Assembly (NCBI GenBank): GCA_902570155.1
Contig: CACFXU010000001.1
Coordinates: 169,360-233,359 of the forward strand
DNA length: 64,000 bases
Source of the DNA: an uncultured Alphaproteobacteria bacterium
GTDB lineage: Bacteria > Pseudomonadota > Alphaproteobacteria > HIMB59 > GCA-002718135
Direction: 5' to 3'
Shown here: positions 35,591-46,341 of the stretch, piece by piece
Position numbering within the stretch: position 1 is the stretch's first letter
How the letters are laid out: each line of letters begins with the position of its first letter
Notes under the pieces: model-generated
The model's input: only the letters and a program-made list of their open reading frames with translations
The model's database searches: none
Told to the model about the DNA's origin: nothing
Made by a program: the position numbers and the translations under genes

Positions 35591-35616
35591 GGGGGCATAC
35601 AAGCCCCCTTTTTTTT
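35591..35616 (+). terminator. rho-independent terminator/attenuator between pstS and pstC
   Basis: gggggc-atacaa-gccccc is a perfect GC stem, followed by T8. Confidence 0.8.
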
Positions 35617-35631
35617 AATACTAAGTTATAA

Positions 35632-37005
35632 ATGTTTTTTTGGTCTTTAGTTTTAATTGCAGTCGGAATTTTCTCATCCTTTATATACGGAAGATCAAGA
35701 ATTAAATTAAACTCTAAAAAACAAGGTACGAAAAGCAAATCTCTTCCCAATTATTACGCACAATACGTTTTAATGTGGTGTTTGTTTCCTGCACTAATTG
35801 TTTATTTTTCATGGGCTATTTTTCAAGAACAGATTATTCAAAACATAGTTATTAGTAACTTTGAATATATTGAGGGCGCAGTTTACAACGAAGGATTATT
35901 GTTAGCAGAGATTAGAAATGTTGCTAATAACCCTTCTTTTGCTGATGGTAAATCTATAGAAATAATTAATGCTGCAGCTCATTATTCTTCCTTAAGACAA
36001 ATAAGTCAAATATCTTTTTATACCTCAATAATCATTATAATGTTACTTGGAGCCTTATACGCTTCACAAAAATTAAAACCAGAATTTCATGCTCAACATA
36101 CAATTGAAAAATATATTCAATATATACTTATATTTTGTTCATCTGTTGCTATTTTCACTACAATAGGAATAGTTTTTTCACTAATATTTGAAAGCCTTCG
36201 CTTTTTTGCAGAAGTATCAATCTTCGAATTTTTATTTAGTACTGAGTGGTATCCTTTTATTCCAATTAGAGAAGGTCAAACAGCTGCAGAGGGATCCTTT
36301 GGTGCAGTACCAATATTTGCTGGAACATTTTTAGTAATGGTAGTAGCCATGTGTGTTGCGGCACCTCTTGGATTATTAACAGCAATTTATTTAGCAGAAT
36401 ACGCAAGTCAAAGAGTTAGAAAAATAGTTAAACCTCTTCTCGAAATTTTGGCAGGGATACCAACAATAGTTTACGGGTTCTTTGCTTTTGTTAGTGTTGC
36501 ACCTTTCGTTAAAGCATTTGGACAATCAATTGGAATTGATGCTTCACCAACAAGCGCTCTTGCAGCCGGCATGGTAATGGGGGTTATGATTATTCCTTTT
36601 ATTTCTTCTTTATCTGATGATGTAATAAACTCTGTCCCACAAAGTCTAAGGGAAGCATCTCTTGGTATTGGCGCTAATAAAGCAGAAACTATTAAAAAAG
36701 TAATTTTACCAGCAGCTTTACCTGGAATTGTAGGAGCATTTTTATTAGCAATATCCAGAGCGATAGGGGAGACTATGATTGTTGTAGTTGCAGCAGGCAC
36801 AGCCCCCAATCTTACGGGCAATCCTTTTGAAAACGTAACAACAGTTACAGTTCAAATTGTTGTGGCCTTAATAGGTGATCAAGAATTTGATAACCCAAGA
36901 ACATTATCAGCATTTGCTTTAGGATTAGTTTTATTTGTTATTACATTATTTCTTAACATTATAGCTCTACAAATAGTAAAGAGATACAGGGAGCGTTATG
37001 AATAA
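35632..37005 (+). CDS. pstC: phosphate ABC transporter permease PstC (long form)
   Basis: EAA-type loop (SLREASLGIGANKAETIKKVILPAALPG) and an N-terminal extension as in alphaproteobacterial PstC. Confidence 0.9.
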   Translation: MFFWSLVLIAVGIFSSFIYGRSRIKLNSKKQGTKSKSLPNYYAQYVLMWCLFPALIVYFSWAIFQEQIIQNIVISNFEYIEGAVYNEGLLLAEIRNVANNPSFADGKSIEIINAAAHYSSLRQISQISFYTSIIIIMLLGALYASQKLKPEFHAQHTIEKYIQYILIFCSSVAIFTTIGIVFSLIFESLRFFAEVSIFEFLFSTEWYPFIPIREGQTAAEGSFGAVPIFAGTFLVMVVAMCVAAPLGLLTAIYLAEYASQRVRKIVKPLLEILAGIPTIVYGFFAFVSVAPFVKAFGQSIGIDASPTSALAAGMVMGVMIIPFISSLSDDVINSVPQSLREASLGIGANKAETIKKVILPAALPGIVGAFLLAISRAIGETMIVVVAAGTAPNLTGNPFENVTTVTVQIVVALIGDQEFDNPRTLSAFALGLVLFVITLFLNIIALQIVKRYRERYE

Positions 37006-38278
37006 TTCTATTGCTAAAGAAAAAATTGTTTCTTTGAGAAAAAAGAGAAGCCTAGAAGATATGCGATTTAAGTATTACGGCTTTACAGCTATGTGTTTAT
37101 CTTTAGCAGTTTTAGTTTTTCTTTTGTATACAATATTTTCTAAAGGATACACTGCTTTTCAAAAAACAATTGTTCTCCTAGAAGTTGATTATAATCAAGA
37201 GGTTTTAAAACTAACACCTGACTCTTCAGATGAAGATATGGAAAAAGGAAAATTTTTTAGAGTTAAAAAACAGGCTATTGAAAATTTTTTCCCTGATCTC
37301 TCAAAATCAGATATTAAATTAGTAAAAAAATTATTTTCTATAAATGTAGATAAGGAAATTAAAGACTACTTCTTAGATAATCCTGAAGTTATTAATACTA
37401 AGCAACAAATTTGGGTAACCGCCCATAGTGATGTGGATCAACTATTAAAAGGTAATTCAAGAAGGGATGTGCCAGAAGATAGAAGAAAATTAAATGATAT
37501 TCAATTAAGTTATGTTGATCAATTAGTTGAAGAAAATAGAGTTAAACAAGTTTTTAATAATTTCTTTTTTACTAAAGCAGATTCAAGGCATCCTGAAATT
37601 GCTGGTGTAGCTGGTTCATTTATGGGATCATTATTTACTCTTTTTACTGTTTTTATTTTATCTTTTCCAATTGCTATAGGAGCGTCTGTTTATCTTGAGG
37701 AATTTGCTCCAAAAAATAGAATAACTGAATTAATAGAAGTAAATATTTCAAATCTAGCAGCAGTCCCATCAATAGTTTTTGGACTACTTGGGTTGGGGGT
37801 ATTGCTTAATGTTTTTGGTCTTCCAAGGAGTACACCGTTAGTTGGAGGGTCCGTATTAGCCTTAATGACGTTACCAACCATTATCATTGCCTGTCGAGCT
37901 TCATTGAAAGCTGTTCCTCCTTCAATTAAAGAAGGAGCACTTGCAGTTGGAGCAACAAAAACACAAGCGGTATTTCATCATGTCGTACCCCTTGCACTAC
38001 CAGGGACTTTAACAGGGACTATTATTGGATTAGCACAAGCATTAGGAGAAACAGCACCACTAATAATGATTGGCATGATTGCATTTATTCCTAATATTCC
38101 AACTGGTTTAACAGAACCTTCAGCAGCACTACCTGTTCAAATATATCTTTGGGTGGAAAGTGCAGAAAGAGGTTTTCAAGAAAAATCAGCCGCAGCAATA
38201 ATGGTAATTTTAATATTTTTGTTTATGATGAATGCCATTGCAGTGTTCTTAAGAAATAGATTTGAAAGGAAGTGGTAA
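36998..38278 (+). CDS. pstA: phosphate ABC transporter permease PstA (long form)
   Basis: IKEGALAVGATKTQAVFHHVVPLALPG loop. It overlaps the pstC stop. Confidence 0.9.
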   Translation: MNNSIAKEKIVSLRKKRSLEDMRFKYYGFTAMCLSLAVLVFLLYTIFSKGYTAFQKTIVLLEVDYNQEVLKLTPDSSDEDMEKGKFFRVKKQAIENFFPDLSKSDIKLVKKLFSINVDKEIKDYFLDNPEVINTKQQIWVTAHSDVDQLLKGNSRRDVPEDRRKLNDIQLSYVDQLVEENRVKQVFNNFFFTKADSRHPEIAGVAGSFMGSLFTLFTVFILSFPIAIGASVYLEEFAPKNRITELIEVNISNLAAVPSIVFGLLGLGVLLNVFGLPRSTPLVGGSVLALMTLPTIIIACRASLKAVPPSIKEGALAVGATKTQAVFHHVVPLALPGTLTGTIIGLAQALGETAPLIMIGMIAFIPNIPTGLTEPSAALPVQIYLWVESAERGFQEKSAAAIMVILIFLFMMNAIAVFLRNRFERKW

Positions 38279-38281
38279 AAC

Positions 38282-39043
38282 ATGAGTAACTCTAAAATAT
38301 TGGCAAATGGTGTAGATGTATATTATGGATCCAAACAAGCTCTTTTTGGAATCTCAATGGATATCAAGGAGAAAGAAGTTACGGCATTAATCGGTCCTTC
38401 AGGATGTGGTAAATCAACTTTCTTAAGATGTATAAACAGAATGAATGATTTAATTGAAATATGTAAAGTATCGGGATCAATAAAAGTAGATAACGAAGAA
38501 ATTATTAGTGAAAAAACCGATGTTGTAAGTCTAAGATCTAAAATTGGAATGGTATTTCAAAAACCAAATCCTTTTCCTAAATCTATTTTTGATAATGTTG
38601 CTTATGGCCCAACTATACATGGTTTAGTTGACTCAAAAAATGAATTAGAAGAAATTGTACATTCATCATTAAAAAAGGCAGGTCTATTTGATGAAGTAAA
38701 AGATCGATTAAATGAACCTGGAACAAGTTTATCAGGCGGTCAACAACAACGATTATGTATTGCAAGAGCAATTGCTGTTAATCCTGAAATAATCCTAATG
38801 GATGAACCTTGCTCTGCTTTAGATCCAATAGCAACTGCTATTATAGAAGAATTAATTGATGAGTTAAGATTAAACTATACAATTATTATAGTAACTCATT
38901 CTATGCAACAGGCAGCCAGGGTTTCGCAGAAAACATGTTTCTTCCATTTAGGAGAATTAATAGAAACGGGTGAGACAAACAAAATTTTTACAAATCCTGA
39001 TAATACAAAAACACAGGATTACATTACAGGGAGATTTGGTTAA
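38282..39043 (+). CDS. pstB: phosphate ABC transporter ATP-binding protein
   Basis: [35 protein letters not shown]. Confidence 0.95.
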   Translation: MSNSKILANGVDVYYGSKQALFGISMDIKEKEVTALIGPSGCGKSTFLRCINRMNDLIEICKVSGSIKVDNEEIISEKTDVVSLRSKIGMVFQKPNPFPKSIFDNVAYGPTIHGLVDSKNELEEIVHSSLKKAGLFDEVKDRLNEPGTSLSGGQQQRLCIARAIAVNPEIILMDEPCSALDPIATAIIEELIDELRLNYTIIIVTHSMQQAARVSQKTCFFHLGELIETGETNKIFTNPDNTKTQDYITGRFG

Positions 39044-39753
39044 TGAAACAAGAAGGACATATCGTAAAATCATATGATGAAGAAATTAGAGACATTAAAA
39101 ATAATATTGTTGATATGGGCAGTTTAGTTGAAAATCAACTAAAAGACTCACTTCAATGTTTAAAGGATAAAGATACAGAATTTGCAGAAAAAATTATAGA
39201 AAACGATGATGTAATTGATAAAGCATATAATACTCTTGATCAAAGCTTAGTTGAAATACTTGGCAAAAGACAACCGATGGCTGCAGACTTACGAACAATT
39301 TTTTCAGCAATTAAAATCAATAAAGATCTAGAAAGAATAGGAGATCATGCAACAAATATTGCCAAAAGAGTAGCAGTAGCAGAAATAGTTTTGCCAGAAA
39401 AACCTTCGAGAGATATTATTAATATGGGTGCACAAGTAAATATAATGATTAGTGAAGTAATAAAAGCTTTTTTAGAATTTTCAGATCAAGCCGCAAAAAA
39501 AGTTTGGTTAATGGATAGACAAATTGATGAAGAATATCTTGGAATATTAAGACAACTATTAACCTACATGATGGAAGAACCAAAAAGAATCACAGCATGT
39601 ACAAGTCTTTTATATATGGTTAAAGACCTAGAGCGAATTGGTGATTATGTACAAAATATAGCTGAAGATATTTATTATGCAGTTTCTGGTGAGCCCCTAT
39701 TTGATGGTAATCCAGACCCAACCTGGGAAGCAATTCTTCCAAAGAAAAAATAA
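39043..39753 (+). CDS. phoU: phosphate signalling complex protein PhoU
   Basis: 236 aa with two PhoU repeats, each bearing the LERIGDH/LERIGDY motif. Confidence 0.9.
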   Translation: MKQEGHIVKSYDEEIRDIKNNIVDMGSLVENQLKDSLQCLKDKDTEFAEKIIENDDVIDKAYNTLDQSLVEILGKRQPMAADLRTIFSAIKINKDLERIGDHATNIAKRVAVAEIVLPEKPSRDIINMGAQVNIMISEVIKAFLEFSDQAAKKVWLMDRQIDEEYLGILRQLLTYMMEEPKRITACTSLLYMVKDLERIGDYVQNIAEDIYYAVSGEPLFDGNPDPTWEAILPKKK

Positions 39754-39794
39754 ATTGTAATAGAATTGTAACAAAAATTTAATAGTAGAGATTC

Positions 39795-40478
39795 ATGAAA
39801 CTAAAAATGCTTATCGTCGAAGATGAAGAAGCATTACTAGATCTTCTTAAATTTAATTTTAATAAAGAAGGATATAAAATAGATACTGCAACGGACGGTG
39901 AAACTGCTTTAGAAAAAATATTATATAAACCACCTGACATAATTATTCTTGATTGGATGTTACCTAAACTATCAGGAATTGAACTTTGTAGAAGAATTAG
40001 AAAAAATAAAGAACATAAGAATATTCCTATCATAATGTTAACAGCAAAAGGCGAAGAAGAAGATAAACTTCGCGGCTTAGAAACTGGAGCAGATGATTAC
40101 ATAACAAAACCTTTTTCGGTTAACGAATTAGTGGCAAGAGTAAAAGCTGTTCTTCGACGAATTAGACCAATGTTTGTAGATGAAGTTTTAACTTATAAAG
40201 GAATAGTAATTGACCTTGTATCTCACTCAGCATCACGAGATGGAGAAACTCTTCATCTTGGTCCAACAGAATTTAATTTATTAGCTTTCTTCATGGAAAA
40301 TATTGGTCGTGTCTTTAGCCGCGAACAATTACTTAATCATGTTTGGAAAAATGAGGCCCATGTAGAACCTCGAACAGTTGATGTTCATATAAGAAGACTG
40401 CGAAAGGCCATTAATAATGACGTAAAAGAAGATTTTATAAGAACCGTGAGATCAGCAGGATATTGTTTTGGCTCGTAA
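39795..40478 (+). CDS. phoB: phosphate regulon response regulator (OmpR family)
   Basis: The receiver domain is present (VEDEE, ILDWMLP, TAKG). The winged-helix output domain is also present (VDVHIRRLRKAI, IRTVRSAGY). Confidence 0.9.
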   Translation: MKLKMLIVEDEEALLDLLKFNFNKEGYKIDTATDGETALEKILYKPPDIIILDWMLPKLSGIELCRRIRKNKEHKNIPIIMLTAKGEEEDKLRGLETGADDYITKPFSVNELVARVKAVLRRIRPMFVDEVLTYKGIVIDLVSHSASRDGETLHLGPTEFNLLAFFMENIGRVFSREQLLNHVWKNEAHVEPRTVDVHIRRLRKAINNDVKEDFIRTVRSAGYCFGS

Positions 40479-40532
40479 TTAAGCCATAAATTTCACTTAT
40501 ACAAATCACTTACCAAACTATAAAACCACCAT

Positions 40533-42080
40533 ATGAAGAGTCTTTTTAGATCATTCTTTACTGTCAGCTTCTATACATTTTTAAGTCGAGTATTAGGTTT
40601 TATCCGGGACATATTAATAGCGAGATATCTTGGATCGACAGTCATTGCTGATGCATTCTTCGTAGCATTTCGTATTCCTAATTTCTTTCGCCGTGTCCTA
40701 GCAGAAGGAGCATACAGTGCTGCATTAATCCCTGTTTTCTCAGGTGTTGTTCTTAATCCAAAAGATGAACGCGAGGCTTCTGATTTTGTTGAAAACACGA
40801 CCTCAATGTTACTATTTGCTACGGTCGTTTTAACAATCATTTTCTTCTTTGGAATGCCTTATATTATTCAAGTTTTGGCACCTGGATTTACCGATAATAA
40901 AGAGGCCTATGAACTTGCTGTGCATTTTGGAAAAATAATTTTTCCCTATATTATTTTTATTTCCTTAGCTGCTCACTTTGCTTCAATCAATAATGTTCAT
41001 GAACGTTTCGCTGCTGGTGCATTTGCTCCTGCCATTTTAAATATAAGTTTTATTCTATCATTATTCTTTCTAACACCTTTTGTGACAACTGCAGGTCACG
41101 CGTTATCGTATGGTGTATTAATAGGAGGAGTTTTACAATTTTTATATTTATACAGAGCGGTTTTAAACTTTTATCGACCACGTATTATCCTTCCAGTTTT
41201 AAACGAAAAGTTAAAAAAGTTTTTCAAATTATTTTTACCAGGTGTTGTTGGCTCAGGTGTTATTCAATTAAATATTGTCATTGGAACTATCATCGCTTCC
41301 TTTTTACCCGTTGGTGCTATCAGCCATATTTATTATGCGGATCGTCTTAACCAATTACCACTTGCGATATTTGGAATAGCACTTGGCATAGTTCTTTTAC
41401 CAAGTTTATCAAAAGCAATTAAACAAACAGATCAAGAAACAACAAATAATATTCAAAATAGATCTATTGAATTTTCCTTATTAATTTCTTTACCATCAGC
41501 CATAGGATTATTTATTTTAGCTGAACCTATTATACAAATTTTATTTGAACGAGGTGCCTTTGTAGCAGAAGATACTTTTTATACTGCTAAAGTATTAAGT
41601 TACTTTGCTTTAGGTCTACCTGCTTACATTATAATTAAAGTTTTAGTTTCCTGTTTCTTTGCAAGAGAAGATACTAAAACACCACTATACATATCCATTG
41701 TCAGTGTGATTACTAACGTTGTCTTATCGCTACTTTTAATTGGATCAATGAGAGAAATGGGTATCGCCGTTGCAACAGCAATTAGTGCATGGGTCAATGC
41801 ATTATTACTGTACCTCTTTTTAGCTATTAGGAATCATATGAAATTTGATGATCTGTTAGTAAGGAATTCTATTAAAATTTTACTAAGTTCGTCCCTATTA
41901 TTTGTAGGAATATACGTATTAAATGGACTATTCTTTACGAATATCACTGGTAATTCAGTGTTATTAAATTCAACACTTTTACTTCTGATGATCTTTTTAG
42001 CTATAATTATTTATTTTGGATTAGTAATTATGTTAAAAGTCCTATCGGTAAATCAGTTAAGAGAATATTTAAAAAAATAA
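40533..42080 (+). CDS. murJ: lipid II flippase MurJ
   Basis: 515 aa with 14 TM segments. The N-terminus has [17 protein letters not shown] and [14 protein letters not shown]. Confidence 0.9.
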   Translation: MKSLFRSFFTVSFYTFLSRVLGFIRDILIARYLGSTVIADAFFVAFRIPNFFRRVLAEGAYSAALIPVFSGVVLNPKDEREASDFVENTTSMLLFATVVLTIIFFFGMPYIIQVLAPGFTDNKEAYELAVHFGKIIFPYIIFISLAAHFASINNVHERFAAGAFAPAILNISFILSLFFLTPFVTTAGHALSYGVLIGGVLQFLYLYRAVLNFYRPRIILPVLNEKLKKFFKLFLPGVVGSGVIQLNIVIGTIIASFLPVGAISHIYYADRLNQLPLAIFGIALGIVLLPSLSKAIKQTDQETTNNIQNRSIEFSLLISLPSAIGLFILAEPIIQILFERGAFVAEDTFYTAKVLSYFALGLPAYIIIKVLVSCFFAREDTKTPLYISIVSVITNVVLSLLLIGSMREMGIAVATAISAWVNALLLYLFLAIRNHMKFDDLLVRNSIKILLSSSLLFVGIYVLNGLFFTNITGNSVLLNSTLLLLMIFLAIIIYFGLVIMLKVLSVNQLREYLKK

Positions 42081-42081
42081 A

Positions 42082-43089
42082 ATGGAAAAACCAACAAAAA
42101 GAATTTTATCCGGTGTTCAACCATCTGGTGATCTTCATTTAGGAAATTATCTTGGTGCTATAAAAAATTTTGTTAGTCTTCAAAAAGAATACGAATGTTT
42201 TTTTTGTGTTGTCGATTTGCATGCGATTACTGTTTGGCAAGATCCAAAAGTATTAGCAAATAAAACAAGAGAAGTAACTGCAGCTTTTATTGCTTCTGGA
42301 ATTGATCCAAATCAAAATAATATTTTTGTTCAATCACAAGTACCTCAACATGCACAACTTGGATGGTTGTTTAATTGTGTTGCGAGGATGGGATGGTTAA
42401 ACCGTATGACACAATTTAAAGATAAGGCTGGAAAGAATAGTGAAAATGTTTCTGTTGGTTTATTTTCTTATCCAACACTGATGGCTGCAGATATATTAAT
42501 TTATTTAGCAACGCATGTTCCTGTAGGTGATGATCAAAAACAACATTTGGAACTAACTAGAGATATCGCACAAAAATTTAATAATGATTTCAAGACAGAT
42601 TTTTTTCCAATTCCTGAACCATTAATTTTAGGAGAGGCTACAAGAGTGATGAGCCTTCGTGATGGGTCAAAAAAAATGAGTAAATCAGATCCTTCTGATT
42701 ATTCGAGAATAATGTTAACTGATACTGCAGAAAATATTACACAAAAAATTAAAAAGGCAAAAACAGACCCTGAACCATTACCACAAGATAAAACTGGTTT
42801 AGAAAAAAGACCAGAAGCTGAAAACTTAATCTCGATATTTGCTTCTTTACAAGATACATCAATTGAAAGTGTTATTAAGGATTATGCAGGTAAAGAATTC
42901 TCCACCTTTAAAAAAGATTTGGCAGATTTATCTGTATCTAAATTAGAGCCAATTACGAGTGAGATGAATAAACTTATGAGTGATGTTTCTTACATCGATT
43001 CTATTTTAAATCAGGGTAAAGAGAATGCTATAGCGGTAGCAGAACCTGTTTTACAAAAAACTAAAGAAATTATTGGTTTTTTATCCTAA
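42082..43089 (+). CDS. trpS: tryptophan--tRNA ligase
   Basis: [15 protein letters not shown] (HIGH-type) and KMSKS motifs. Confidence 0.95.
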   Translation: MEKPTKRILSGVQPSGDLHLGNYLGAIKNFVSLQKEYECFFCVVDLHAITVWQDPKVLANKTREVTAAFIASGIDPNQNNIFVQSQVPQHAQLGWLFNCVARMGWLNRMTQFKDKAGKNSENVSVGLFSYPTLMAADILIYLATHVPVGDDQKQHLELTRDIAQKFNNDFKTDFFPIPEPLILGEATRVMSLRDGSKKMSKSDPSDYSRIMLTDTAENITQKIKKAKTDPEPLPQDKTGLEKRPEAENLISIFASLQDTSIESVIKDYAGKEFSTFKKDLADLSVSKLEPITSEMNKLMSDVSYIDSILNQGKENAIAVAEPVLQKTKEIIGFLS

Positions 43090-43163
43090 AAAATCCCCTA
43101 AATTTTAAATTTTTTTTTAGAAAATTCATACTAAAGACATATTAATAACTATATATAGTGAAT

Positions 43164-43727
43164 ATGTTTATACAAACTGAACAAACTCCTAATCCACAAA
43201 CATTAAAATTTCTACCTGGAAAGGTTGTCATGGATGATGGAACCGCCTTTTTCCAAAACATTGGTGAAACAGCTGACTCACCATTTGCAAAACGTTTATT
43301 TGATGTCGAGGGAGTTGAAGGAGTTTTTTTTGGAAGTGATTTTATTACTATTACTAAAAATCAATCTTTAGATTGGCAAGTTATGAAACCATTGATCCTA
43401 GGTTCAATAATGGATCATTATAACTCTGGCGATACAACAATTAATAATAGTAAAAAGGGTGACGATAAATCTTTAGAGATTGATGAAAACGATACCGATA
43501 TTGTAAAACAAATTAAAGAATTACTGGATACACGAGTAAGACCAGCTGTTGCAATGGATGGTGGTGATATTATCTATGATAGTTTTAAGGATGGTGTCGT
43601 ATATCTCCACATGCAAGGTGCTTGTTCAGGCTGTCCAAGTTCAACTGCTACATTAAAAATGGGTATTGAAAATATGTTAAAACACTATGTTCCAGAGGTA
43701 CAAGAAGTAAGGCCTATTGATGGATAG
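43164..43727 (+). CDS. NifU/Nfu-type Fe-S cluster scaffold protein
   Basis: N-terminal MFIQTEQTPNPQTLKF and C-terminal CSGCPSS motif. ATG 43164 is preferred to the GTG at 43158. Confidence 0.85.
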   Translation: MFIQTEQTPNPQTLKFLPGKVVMDDGTAFFQNIGETADSPFAKRLFDVEGVEGVFFGSDFITITKNQSLDWQVMKPLILGSIMDHYNSGDTTINNSKKGDDKSLEIDENDTDIVKQIKELLDTRVRPAVAMDGGDIIYDSFKDGVVYLHMQGACSGCPSSTATLKMGIENMLKHYVPEVQEVRPIDG

Positions 43728-44700
43728 ACTTTATAATTTTTTTTGCTTTCCTCTATTACTTCTTGGGTTAATTTTTATAAGCAATGGTTTTGTTGGTTAT
43801 GTAGAATTTAATGCAGTTGATACTAAGAATACCATTCAAACTGCAAATCAAATAAACAAATTATATTCTGAAAAAGAAATTACACCATCCGAAAAAGAAA
43901 TTACCCTTAAAGGCCCTCCTATTACAGAAATAGTGAATGAAAAATTAATTGTTAAAGTAAGAATAAAGCCTATTAATCCTATAATCTCATCAAAGATTGA
44001 AGAGCAAATTAATCCTAGTATTCAGGTAACATTATCAGATAAAGATTTTGATTACCTTGATTCAAGTAAAAAAGAATTTGTAAAAAAGGTTTTACCGATA
44101 ATTATTAATGAAAATCAAAATATTTTGATGATTAGAAGCTTTGTTAGTGAACTTAAGGGTAAGTTAGAAACCTCTAGAACTCTGAACAATAAAGAAATAA
44201 GAAAACTTAATGAAATTGCTAAAAAATATAACATTAAACATAATAATAAACATAAATTAGACTTAGTTGATGAGATACTTTCAAATGTTGATATAATACC
44301 AAATTCAATAGCATTAGCCCAAGCAGCAATCGAAAGTGGTTGGGGTAAGTCTAGATTTGCAAAAGAATATAATGCACTTTTTGGTGAGTATACATATGAT
44401 AATTCTAAAGGTGTTATCCCGCTTGAAAGAGAAAATGGTGATACACATCTAATTAAAGCATTCAGTTCATATAGTAACAGTGTTGTATCGTATTTCGATA
44501 ACATAAATTCTCATAATGCCTATGAAGATTTTCGTGATATCCGAAATATAATGAGAGAACGAAATAATTTTTCAAACGTTAACTTACTTGTTAATAAGCT
44601 AAGTACTTATGCAGAAGATGAAAATTATATTAAAACAATAAGACAAGTTATTAAAAGTAATAACTTTGGTATTTTTGATCAAAAAACTATTTCTTATTAA
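43717..44700 (+). CDS. glucosaminidase-domain (FlgJ/Bax-like) peptidoglycan hydrolase
   Basis: N-terminal TM anchor and ALAQAAIESGWGKSRFAKEYNALFG catalytic block. Confidence 0.8.
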   Translation: MMDRLYNFFCFPLLLLGLIFISNGFVGYVEFNAVDTKNTIQTANQINKLYSEKEITPSEKEITLKGPPITEIVNEKLIVKVRIKPINPIISSKIEEQINPSIQVTLSDKDFDYLDSSKKEFVKKVLPIIINENQNILMIRSFVSELKGKLETSRTLNNKEIRKLNEIAKKYNIKHNNKHKLDLVDEILSNVDIIPNSIALAQAAIESGWGKSRFAKEYNALFGEYTYDNSKGVIPLERENGDTHLIKAFSSYSNSVVSYFDNINSHNAYEDFRDIRNIMRERNNFSNVNLLVNKLSTYAEDENYIKTIRQVIKSNNFGIFDQKTISY

Positions 44701-45729
44701 TTAAAGATAAAATTGGTGACCAAACCATCTCCAATTTCCCTCATCATCTTTAACAGTACAATTCATTCTAGATCTTCCAGGTGACAATTCTCGTGAAAGT
44801 CTTATTTCAATTCTTTCATTAAACTTATAAATTTCTCTATCAACTTGACCTTTGCTATCAAATATAAAACAATCTAGTGATTGAACTTTTTTATCATCCA
44901 GAAGAGAGAAACCTATGAATGGCGGGTTTTGTTTAATAGTTGGGTTTTTAGGTATAAAGTCATAAACTCCTAATCCTTTAGAAGAAGCAGCAAATTTTAC
45001 TCTATCTATTTCACCATACCTTTCATTTAATGAAAATCTTGGTAGATAATACATGTTAGAAGTTTCATTAATTATTCCTGAATGCTGTCCAAAAGCAACT
45101 TTAAATTTAAATTCTTTTACTAATTCAATTATTTCATCTGTTGTTTCACCATAAGGAAATGCAAATAAAGTTGGAATTTCCCCTAGTTCTTTTAAGAAGA
45201 TTTTATTGGATGTTTCTATTTCATCTCTTACTTCTTCAATACTAATATCTGGCATATGAGCATGTGTATGAGAGTGTGCACCAATTACCACGCCTTCTTC
45301 TTTAAGTTTTCTTATTTGATCCCAGTTAATATATTTTTTATTATTTGAGATTGTCCCCGTTGTTACAAATAAGGTAACTGGAATATTATTTTCTTTAAAT
45401 AAAGGCCACCCAACTTCTAAAAAAGACTTATCAGCATCATCTACACTTATGCCAATAGTATTTGCTGGAAGATCACCATCATTAATAATTGTATCAATAA
45501 TAAAATCTAATGATTTAATCGTATATTTTTCTTTAGTTAATTCTTCAATATGACTATTAAGTTGGTCAATAGTTACACTTGTTGAGGGATATTTAGAAAC
45601 TCCAAATTTATGATACATAAATACAGTTGCTGAGTTTTTTACTTCATTAGCAAAAGCTTCACTTACTAATAAAAAAATTAAAGTAATACTTTTTAAAAAT
45701 AGCAATAGAAGGTAGTTATGTAATTTCAT
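44701..45729 (-). CDS. polysaccharide deacetylase family protein (secreted)
   Basis: Signal peptide, NodB-type motifs (SVDDADKS, GAHSHTH) and a C-terminal extra domain. Confidence 0.75.
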   Translation of the reverse strand: MKLHNYLLLLFLKSITLIFLLVSEAFANEVKNSATVFMYHKFGVSKYPSTSVTIDQLNSHIEELTKEKYTIKSLDFIIDTIINDGDLPANTIGISVDDADKSFLEVGWPLFKENNIPVTLFVTTGTISNNKKYINWDQIRKLKEEGVVIGAHSHTHAHMPDISIEEVRDEIETSNKIFLKELGEIPTLFAFPYGETTDEIIELVKEFKFKVAFGQHSGIINETSNMYYLPRFSLNERYGEIDRVKFAASSKGLGVYDFIPKNPTIKQNPPFIGFSLLDDKKVQSLDCFIFDSKGQVDREIYKFNERIEIRLSRELSPGRSRMNCTVKDDEGNWRWFGHQFYL

Positions 45730-46341
45730 ATGTTGTTATTTCTAGATATTATATCATCAATACCAGAGTTTTGTGTAATTGATGACAACAAAATAATATT
45801 ACAACAGAAAATTACTCAATCTGAAACAGATAAGTTGAGTGATAATATAATACAATCCTATATAGAAATAGATAAAAGATTAAATTTAACTAAAAATCTC
45901 AAAAAAATTTCTACAACAATTGGTCCTGGATCTTATACAAGTTTAAGGGTTGGTTCAGCATTTATATCTGGTCTTATGATTTCTCGCAATATTCCTTATT
46001 ACCCACTAACAATTGAGGATATCTTAAATTTGAACGCAATAAAACATTCCAAAAAAAAATTGGGAGTTTTTATAACCTCTTCTAATAATCAGAAATTTTT
46101 CTGTTATAAAACTAAGGATGACAACATGGAATACTATAAAATTGAAAATAATAAATATCCAATTCCAAAAAATATCGATTTTATACTTTATAATAAAAGT
46201 AAAATTAATGAAAACAATGAATTGGAACAAATGAAGTTTTCTTTCTTTGAAGAATTTTACAACAATTACAATAATTTTACCTTTAAAAAAAATATTATTA
46301 TTGAACCAATATATATATCAAATAATCAATTACTAAATTGA
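45730..46341 (+). CDS. tsaB: tRNA t6A37 biosynthesis protein TsaB
   Basis: N-terminal LFLDI... aligns to the ILAIDT start of YeaZ. The GPGSYTSLRVG motif is present. Confidence 0.8.
   Translation: MLLFLDIISSIPEFCVIDDNKIILQQKITQSETDKLSDNIIQSYIEIDKRLNLTKNLKKISTTIGPGSYTSLRVGSAFISGLMISRNIPYYPLTIEDILNLNAIKHSKKKLGVFITSSNNQKFFCYKTKDDNMEYYKIENNKYPIPKNIDFILYNKSKINENNELEQMKFSFFEEFYNNYNNFTFKKNIIIEPIYISNNQLLN

Noticed and set aside
39779-40033. 84-aa minus-strand ORF overlapping the phoB start
   Set aside because: It is antisense to the strongly supported PhoB receiver domain and has no motif or SD.
43867-43905. Tandem duplication SEKEITP-SEKEITL (tctgaaaaagaaattac x2) in the glucosaminidase-domain protein
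   Set aside because: It is a single in-frame 21-nt duplication in a linker region. This is most simply a slippage remnant, not a functional repeat array.
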